A DNA stretch of 50,920 nucleotides. Origin: Paraglomus brasilianum (lineage: Eukaryota). The notes below the pieces were generated by a model. The model was not told where the DNA came from, did not search any database, and saw nothing but the letters and a program-made list of their open reading frames with translations. Location: positions 1 to 50,920 of the forward strand of contig CAJVPI010000129.1 in NCBI GenBank assembly GCA_910592345.1, read 5' to 3'. Each line of letters opens with the position of its first letter. Position 1 is the first letter of the stretch. Shown one piece after another: positions 42,087 to 50,920 of this stretch. A program made the position numbers and the translations under genes.

Positions 42087-42380
42087 ATGGTTACTATTCA
42101 GGATTTATGCGGTTCTAAATGCACTAACGTTGAATGGACCGAATATTGCTGGATGCCACAAGTTCGCACCAACGAAACTCCTGGTGAGCGGAAAGAACGA
42201 ATCTGGGCTCGTTTAATGTATTTCTGAGAAAATGATCTTTTACCTACCGAGAGTAAAAAATATTTTAACGCAAGAAAATTGATACGCTTTCAAGATGTGC
42301 TCCTACGATAGGAATAGCCATCTGTTTATCTTGCAACGAATTAGTATACACCAGAAAATACATTAAAATTATGAAAAATC
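42087..42380 (+). pseudogene. Decayed intronless Cys-containing ORF of unknown function
   Basis: AATAAAATG start, MVTIQDLCGSKCTNVEWTEYCWMPQVRTNETPGERKERIWARLMYF*ENDLLPTESKKYFNARKLIRFQD, then a frameshift to APTIGIAICLSCNELVYT. The 3' end is approximate. Confidence 0.5.
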
Positions 42381-43049
42381 TTCATGTACTGGTAATAAAT
42401 TGGCAGATTAAAACGAAAATGAAATTTGGGGTCTTCTAGGATTCTCATTTAATACCTCTGAAATCCACATATTATTATGCTATAAATTCACTAATGACTT
42501 GTAATAAATGTCGTCAGAATATTCTTGCAAGTGAAAGACTTAGTCACAATCTTTATTGCACTCAACAAAAATAACAGCTACATCAATCGTTACATGTATG
42601 TCATATCGATCACGATATTACGATCTAATGCCCTATTTATCGATAAAGCTATCCAGTTGCAGTTGTTTGTACTTCGATGCAAGTTCGCCATTCGTTGGTG
42701 TAAATTTTTTTCTCCTTATCAAGACATAGTTGACGTTTCTGTGCATTCGTTAAGGAGATTCTTTTAATAGACCTACTGGTAAGCATTTCGTATAAACCAA
42801 GTGCTTTACACAATGCTAAATATCAGTTTTATACCCAATTTAAACCAACAAATCATATTAATATTGAGTTTGACCCCTCTCGTCCCATTGAAGCCATATT
42901 TCCATTATAGTGCGATTAATAAAAAATTCCATTATGGCTAATAACGCGATCTACTATAAGAATCTATTATAACGAGCAATTTTTAATATAAGAAAATTGT
43001 GTTCCAAAAAAAGTTTTCTTGTAATGCGATTCCATTGTAACATGTATCT

Positions 43050-43069
43050 GTTATAACGAGCCTCGACTG
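43050..43069 (-). mobile_element. Possible solo pogo-like TIR
   Basis: The reverse complement reads CAGTCGAGGCTCGTTATAAC, and TTATAACGAG also occurs at about 42967. No partner end was found. Confidence 0.35.
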
Positions 43070-43812
43070 TGTGTCATATTCTTGGATCACATGCATTACT
43101 TCCAATGATATCTTTCGAAAGAATCCCCCCCTTATTCTATGTGCATCACTTACTGAGAGGCGTTAATGCATTTTCATACTGCTCAAGTTTCGGATAGACA
43201 TTTTCGATGTCTGGTTTACATTTATGATAAACCCCAATTCTCACACATTATTTCTTAAATAATACTAGCCAAATGTGTTCGTCACTTTAGGAATTTATTA
43301 GTAACCGTACGCTATCTTATGTTTGCAATTTTAGCATCAGTCTAAAGCTAACTTAATTGACGTTATTAATCCATTACTGTTACTGCTGTAGCCTGATGAA
43401 TACGCAACGATTTATAACCCAATATGGCCTCATTATTAGACTGCCGCAATGGACTTGGTTTAGTGTTCTGATCTTTATCATAAAGTGCACCATTGGCTGG
43501 AGCGGCTAAGAACGAGAATAGTAAGACGCGTTGAAGAGATTGCTCTTTTAAAATAATAAAAAATTATTTTAATAATAGGTTTATCGTTGTCATTGAACGG
43601 GAGACGTTTATTGCTTACAATATGATAGATAAGCGGATGTTGTATTTTACACCAAACGGAGAAGAATAGCTCGATTAAAAAGTCTAGTATTTTGTTATAA
43701 ATAATTTAGTAGTGTAAGGTTATTATTTTAAAGAGTAGTCTTCTTCGGGTTAATTATGAGAGAAGGCCACAGAAAAATATCAAAGTGAGGGCATTATACG
43801 CTTAAAGTATTA

Positions 43813-43976
43813 CAGTGGACTCTCCCTAAGTGCAGCTTCTCTAAGTGTAGCCATCATATTTTTCCCTCCCTAAATATGCAGGCTCTGGTTTGGTCCCGAT
43901 AATAATAAATGCAAGCCGTGTCTGATTTGGCCATATTAATATGGTCCCGTCGGTGCTGCACTTAGGAGAGTCCATG
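43813..43976. mobile_element. 164-bp pogo/Tc1-type MITE with TA duplication
   Basis: TA|CAGTGGACTCTCCCTAAGTGCAGC at the left and GCTGCACTTAGGAGAGTCCATG|TA at the right. Confidence 0.85.
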
Positions 43977-44201
43977 TATAGTCTATTTAATATTCTCATT
44001 AAATTTTGTCCCCATGTAAATCAAAGACACGAAAACATAACACAAATCTATTACTATTACTAACGTAATCCATTCAAATACGATTTCGCAAATATCGTCA
44101 ATCAGCTGATAATGATAATCTTCACGTGATCTAAGGGTAAAGTAGAAAATTTTTTGACTAGTGGCCGAATTCGGCGATTGGAATGTTAATGACAAAAAAA
44201 A

Positions 44202-45518
44202 ATGACGCCCAAGTTGTTACAGCGACTAGTGTTTTCGCGGGTATCTCTCTCAACAATCGCAATTGAATCTAGGGCCCTAGGCGAATCTGTTGGGGGATCG
44301 TTTTCACAATTAAAACATAATAGAATACAAACACGGCCTATCCATAAACCTGCTGGTAGGATTCAGACGTCTTAAGATGAAAAGGGACGTCGTAAAAGTA
44401 TACGCATTGGACAAACTGCCATCTCATATCGACACATTCTCGTACTCGTCACGTATTTCTTCCTACATCCTCTTTCCTAATATACTCCTATCTCAATCTT
44501 TCCCCTATGCACACTCCGACGTTCTCTCCTATCAGCCCTTTCTTCTCAGCCCCAAGAATTCGTAATAACAAATTCACCCTACGCGACTGAACCTAAAAAA
44601 CGATATCGTGTAGTCGTTGGAGTAGTCCTCTCCCGTTGCCCAATAATAACCCGCACTCTCCACCCGTTCGAACGCGAATACTATAAATATCAACAGCGTC
44701 TAGAACAGGCTCGCGCAGCCCCGTTTCCGGTAGAGTTTTATTTTAAGAAGGGGAGCATTGCTGAGAAGAATTGGTTGGCTAAAGAGTCTGGAGACGGGGA
44801 GAAGAAGAAGAGCAAACAGAAGAAAAGTAGTGAAAGCCAAGTTGAGAGTAGTGAGATTGATACCAGCACTACTTACATCGAGGAGACGGGTTCGGGCGGT
44901 GATTTAGACGAGAAGATAACTATTGCAAGTAGGGAGACTGAGGCAGACCGAATAAATGATATGACATCGTTGGATCGTGCACTACAAAGAACGCTATATT
45001 TGATTGTGCGGAAGCCGCGAAAGGAGCATGCGTGGCAATTTCCTCAGGGCGGCGTGAATACTGCTGAAGGAGAGCTATTGCATCAGGTACATGGAAATTT
45101 GTCTGATGATAAAGAATCGCAACACGACATCTGATGTTGATCCGAATTTGTTTCTAGGCAGCTAAACGCGAGTTGGCCGAGGAATGTGGCGAGAATATGG
45201 ACGTTTGGTTTGTATCTCGTAAACCAATTGGGTATTGCGCGTATGATTTTCCGGCTGGAGAGGGTGATGTTTACGATGGAGCAAAGGTTAGTTTAGTATG
45301 TTTGTTGAGTTCATCTTTGTGCACTCTGTCATCGTCATTTGCTACTACTTTTCCCTCTGATCTAGGTGTTCTTCCTCAAGGCCCATATATTCGCTGGACA
45401 GGCACGAGTCGACAACACAGAGATTGTTGAATTTGCTTGGGTAACTAAACAAGAGATGCAGAAATACGTGTCTCCTCAATATTACAGTTATGTCAAAGAT
45501 ATGTTGAATGATTTATAG
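44202..45518 (+). CDS. MRPL46: Mitochondrial large-subunit ribosomal protein mL46 (yeast MrpL17), Nudix-like; 5' exon uncertain
   Basis: YRVVVGVVLSRCPIITRTLHPFEREYY...FPVEFYFKKGS, SRETEADRINDMTSLDRALQRTLYLIV..WQFPQG, AAKRELAEECGENMDVWFV, AKVFFLKAHIFAGQ, FAWVTKQEM...DMLNDL*. The start is tentatively set at MTPKLLQRLVFSR (44202). Confidence 0.88.
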
Positions 45519-47538
45519 ATGAATAAAGCTGCGAATAATATCAAAAGACTTACTGACGATATGATCTTTTTGGAGGGGGCTGTGATTAAAATATTAACCA
45601 TGCATTAAAGCCCCAACCCGTCATTAACGATATTATGAGCTTTTCAGGCGTGCGGCATCAAACATACGGCGTATATGCCAGTACTTCTATGTTAGCTTTC
45701 TAGCGTTTAGGCAATCCGCATGTGATGGAATGTAAACGATATTCTGGCAATTGGCTTTTTACGTGATGATTTCATGTTGTCTTCCTCTCGCGATACAGTC
45801 TTTCTTTCAGGTGAGAACCTTGTAGTGAGACGGCTGATGATTGAATGACTAGTATTGATGAACAATGGCATGGCAGTTCCACATAAAAAAAATTAACGCT
45901 GTTGTAAAATGAGCCTCGTGACGCGTTGAAGTTGGGTTACCATCTTGCATTGAGTGGAATTCATTGGCATTGCATATAAGTGTACGTCAATCGTGTAGTC
46001 GATTGCAAGTAGCGACAGCAAGTCCATTCTTCACTTGATCAACATTATCTTTTTGGTTATCCTAAAAAGCATACGAAATGTCTAACATTGGGTTTAAGCC
46101 TTCGCACAACTAAGTTTTGAAATATTAATTTGAAATAGAGAATAGATAATTTCCAACAAAGCAAGGCATTTCCTGCTTAAAAGCGTACAGCGTATAGAAT
46201 TGCGTTCTTTCAGAGATACATTGTTTCTTTAGCTCAGATTCACAAGCTGACTCGTTGCATTATAGTTTCAATTGTAAAATTCGTGCCAAGGCCAGAATAT
46301 AAATATACAACGTATTTATATAAACTTGCTTCTATTAATATAAAATTAGTCATAATTTCGGTAGATTACGCTATCATTTGCCAAGTCTTTATAAACACGA
46401 TTGTTTGTGGTTCCCAAATCCGGAGGGCTTCTGTCAGTCTTTTAGCTTTATTAGCATTAGATAATTACTCAGAGTAGCCAAAACTGGAGGGATAGCAGAA
46501 GACTGCATTTGTTTCAAAGTAAAGCTTTACATACTTGACATTTATCGTGTGATTACTTAATTTAAAAAGCTGTAGTAGAATATTAATATTATTGATGCAT
46601 CAAATTTCCCAACTATTAGAAATCGGAATACCACACTCGTACGGGCCGAATTTATGGCGACAACGTGGATTGATCCACATATGATACAAAAACGACTAAC
46701 ACGTGGAAGGTGTGGGCTTTAGAAAGAGATTTCTCAGAGAAATATCTAGGCAAGTAAGTCGGAAGAAGAAAAGATGATGGCGTCATTCATATGATTACTA
46801 TTTAGTTAAAGATTAGTTCTTTATTTAGCTTGCATAAACAAAATAAATATATATAGATATGGGCTGTCGCCTGTGTTAGAATTAATTCCTGTCTGATGCG
46901 CACATGATTAAGAATGTTAGTATCAGAAATGAAGTAGACTTTCTGTAGTGAATATATTAAACTTATTTCTCGTAATAACTATAATCGTTTAAATCGATAT
47001 CATTTGATTCCTCAAATATACAGTTCTAAGACAGATGGCTGGTATCATTTAGTCGTAATTCGGTTACGCTTATAGTTTAAAACGATCGAGAGGTGAAACA
47101 TTTGTTGACTATTACTATATAAATGATAACCACTAAACAAATTAATCATTAACGATGATAACAGTCTTACGAACCTTGTGTCTCCCGCTTTTGGCACAAG
47201 AATGTCTCCCATTACACTTACCGAAAACATTTAAACGTCGACTTGTTCTCGATTCCCGTGGTTTGTGCGTTCTCAACCAAATAATATTATTAATAATATA
47301 AACTAATACATTTATGAATCACGTGGAACTAATAAAACCAAGATGCCACCAATTTCTTGACACCATTCTATCATTCTCAATTAAACATTGTAACGGAGTG
47401 ACTGAACTTTAATTTTAGTTCTCGTTTAAATGTGCCCAGTAACAACAAAAGCTTAATTGAACTCGGCATTTACTTAAACGTTAACACTTAAATAGAGAGA
47501 AATTAAAACTGTAAAGACAAACACTTGCAACAAACGTA

Positions 47539-49535
47539 ATGTGGAAGAATTGGTTCGATAAGCACTATACTGAGACACCTGCGCCTAGTCAGTTTGACGA
47601 AGAGGCTCTAGCAGACTATGTCAACACCAAAGTCATTTATCAAGCAGGTAGAGTATTAATACACTATGTATATGTGATACCCCCCTTCCCCCCACCCCTG
47701 GTTTATTCCCAGTTGCCCCCCTTAGCTGTGCAGCATTACTGGCTTTCATGAATTAGTATGCCTTATTACTTTCAATGTCTTCTTATCTCTTACTTGACAT
47801 CCCGTTCTCTCTTCCAAATGTCTAACTATGGAACGAGCTAACGGAAACTATGCTTGTTTTCTAAAGGTGTTGATTTTGAAAGTAAACCTATGGTTGTCAT
47901 TTGTGCTTGTAATCTACCAAATCCCAAGGAAGTAAATTATGATAAAATTCTGGGGTAATTATTGCGAGCGAAGATAAATTTTGCAATAGCATACGATATT
48001 AAATACTCCGACTCACTCCATTGTTCATTATCAGCCGCATCCTACAACGTCTTGACTTGTTCGTAGAAAGCGACTACTCGGTAGTGTTCTTTGCTGGCGG
48101 CGCGAAATATAGACCAGGGTGGTCATGGATACTTAGAGCTTACAGCAGCCTTGGCAGAAAGTAAGATTCAAGAACAGCTGGCTTGGGAGATGGACCTTTA
48201 TTATAAATATGTATACTAATTTTCATTGTAAAAGGTACAAGAAAAATCTCAAATCCTTTTATGTCGTGCACGCGTCAACATGGACACGCCTAGTATTGGA
48301 TTTGATGAGCGCCGTAATAAGGTGAGAATGTAGTTTATCTCAACCTGTCGATTCACTTATTACGCCGAATCTTATTTTAACAAATCACTATTAACAGTCC
48401 AAAATTCCTGCGTAAGGTTAAATATGTTAGTACGCTTTCCGAACTAGCGAAATATGTGCCGCTCACTCAGATTGACATTCCGCCAGTTGTGTACGAATAC
48501 AATATCAGATATGAGGATAAGATAGCTCTCCCATCATCGCGATCGTATGATGAACATGGTCATTTGATGTTTGGCATACCAATCGAAGTATTAATGGGTT
48601 CAGCAGGAGAAAAAGGGATCCCTCGAGTCGTAAAAGAGTGTGTCGCTTATTTGAGAGCCAACGGCCTTTATACAGAAGGTGTGTTTCGACGATCACCAAA
48701 CTCCATGTTCTTACGACAAGCACGAGAAGCTTATGACAGAGGCAACCCAATAAAATTAGAAGATTACGGAGTGCACACCGCAGCAGTCTTATTAAAAATG
48801 TTCTTCCATCAACTTCCTAAACCCCTAATTCCCTCCGATTTATACGATGTTCTCCGGCAGATATCGCAAAAACCGACGCCACTCGACCGAGTGGAATTCA
48901 TCCGAAATAAAGTCTTTTCTTTATTCTCTCCTGCGACAATAATCCTCCTCCGACACGTATTTGCATTATTACGTGACATTGCAGAGCACCGAGAAAAGAA
49001 TAAAATGACAGCGTACAATCTAGCGGTCATGCTTGCGCCTAATTTAGTGCATAGTGGGTCTCCAACACTCGACGTCAGCATGTGTACCATATCGCTCGAT
49101 GACGAAAGAGTCGGCGGAGGTGTTGGTTTATTTGTTCGCAATTGCATCGAACATTTTGATCTAGTCTTTGAAGACGTCGACGAACCGAAAGAGCTCATCA
49201 GAGATGTAATCGAAACGGCTTCGTTCTCAACTTCGTCTTCCATGAGCGATTCGACCGAAAGTTCTGCCACAATAACATTGAACCATTCAGGGACGCTTTC
49301 ATATTCGTCTCCTCCAAAATATCCATCGCTCCGTAGAATGAAATCGTTTGGAGCGTTATCATCGAATAGCGTGGATGTCAGAGTTGGTAGTGGAGTCGAA
49401 GTAGCTGGTGTTATGGCTCAGGGGCTAGTTAGTAGGTCTCCGCCGCCATATGCTTACAGAGATGAACCGAATTCGCCATTAAGTGTTAGTTCCCTTGAAG
49501 AGTTGAGACGAGCTGCGCCATGGGCCACTGCATAG
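47539..49535 (+). CDS. CRAL-TRIO/BCH + RhoGAP protein (ARHGAP1/8-like), multi-exon
   Basis: VIYQAG/VDFESKPMVVICAC, LDLFVESDYSVVFF, PGWSWILRAY..L.RKYKKNLKSFYVVH, ISPKF..KV.YV..LSEL, then FGIPIE, GIPRVVKECV, EGVFRRS (arginine finger), LLKMFF and NKMTAYNLAVMLAPNL. Confidence 0.93.
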
Positions 49536-50920
49536 TTTTTGTGACGTGTTGATCATGACGAGTCTGGGACTGGATGCCAAAATATTGGTAATTGTGTCAA
49601 GGAGAAGTAATATTATTTGTAAATGGAAAGATGAACATGATAGGAAAGCCAATTTTTTTATTCTTTTGTACTTAACCTTTTCCCCCCTTCTTCTCTGTAT
49701 TAATATATCATTCGTTGTGTTTTTGTTTCAATCTGTAATAAATTTCACTGATCTTAATCTGACTAAAGAAGAACTATAAAGATGCTGCACGTGATTGACG
49801 ATTTGGCAAATATTCTGCCTGCGAAAATGATTCGCCGAAACCATGCACATACAGTTTCATACTAAATGAGTAAATGATGCATGCTACGACAGAAACAAAC
49901 AGAATTTTCACATGCCCTTCTCATATTTAATTTATGTGTCCAGAAAGCTCTTCCTTAAGCAGTGCTGTTAATTATAATTAAGTCGAAACACGATTCCAAG
50001 AATTGCATTTTAATTTGACTTGCTGAATTATATTATTGCTCATAGTCGTTGATGGGATATGTTAGCATTGTCATGTCACATGTAAAATACACTGTGTAAC
50101 AAACGCTAAACAGCTCATTTGAAACGTCGAGTCTTCTAATTATTTAACAATAAAGTCAATATCCTTTCACAATAAAAAGCTCGCAGCGCGGTTTCATAGA
50201 AAGCATGTCAGGAACTTCTCCGCTCTGATTGCCACAAATTTAGTAATTTTTTTTCTGCTTTCATTATCATGTTCTAATTGATTTAAATCCCATCATTAAG
50301 AAATGACATGGCGTATGTTTAGGATCATTGCTCGTAGAATGCCTTTCCGATAACTATGGTTCTTTTAAATATCTCAAAATTGTCATACGAGATACGTTAG
50401 CAGCATCTAGCGCTAGTTGCCAAAGTTTCTCGGTGAATGCTCGTGCTGCGCCACACGTGATTTTTTAGGTCTTTACCTCTCTTATTATTATGTAAGGTTG
50501 TCAATTTAATTTTTCAATATTAGAACAGATTGTTGAGTGTCATAATGTGCAGTTGCTTTGCAGATATGATACCATCGTTCCAAGAGCGTAATGGGTTTGA
50601 CGAGAGCATGAAAAGACACTTTAAAAATGGATCACACAAAAAGTTACATAACAATATCAAAATAAACTCTATAAAATAAAACTTCACGTTTTTGAGTGTT
50701 TCGCGACTTAGTTTGGATCCGAATTGGGCAAATAATAATTGTTCAAACCACACCACAATTTTCTACCTTACGCGCGCGATTGGACGTTTCAAATGCCACA
50801 TACTAATACGTTTTATGATGTACAGATGCCATAAACAAATGTCTTACAGTAACGTGCAAAAGTATCCTACCGGTTGTATCATCTAAACGTACATAATAAT
50901 AACTCCTTAAATTTTCCAGG

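Overview
Intron-rich, AT-rich fungal chromosomal DNA. The short GT-AG introns, gene content and Crinkler-like pseudogenes suggest an early-diverging fungus, probably Mucoromycota/Glomeromycotina (inference). It holds seven spliced housekeeping genes: a small cytochrome-b5-like heme/steroid-binding protein, ARS2/SERRATE, PKC1, BRAP2/ETP1, VTC4, mitoribosomal mL46 and a CRAL-TRIO(BCH)-RhoGAP. An orphan ~102-aa disordered ORF sits alone in a ~10 kb gene desert. Accessory segments contain several MITEs (one nested pair) and two decayed Crinkler-type NTPase(+REase) pseudogenes. The most notable signal is a pair of related intronless, very AT-rich islands (1-1813 and ~27700-29340). Their paralogous ORFs align TGA codons against TGG (Trp) codons, so they appear to have been written in genetic code 4, as in Mycoplasma-related fungal endobacteria. 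The islands share a ~180-215 bp non-coding module (three copies) bounded by TTAATAT(A/G)GG and a conserved upstream hairpin. One island also carries a DUF7869/Sola-like transposase remnant. This looks like an endosymbiont-derived mobile cassette system integrated repeatedly in the host genome. Exon boundaries were read by eye, and no database searches were run.
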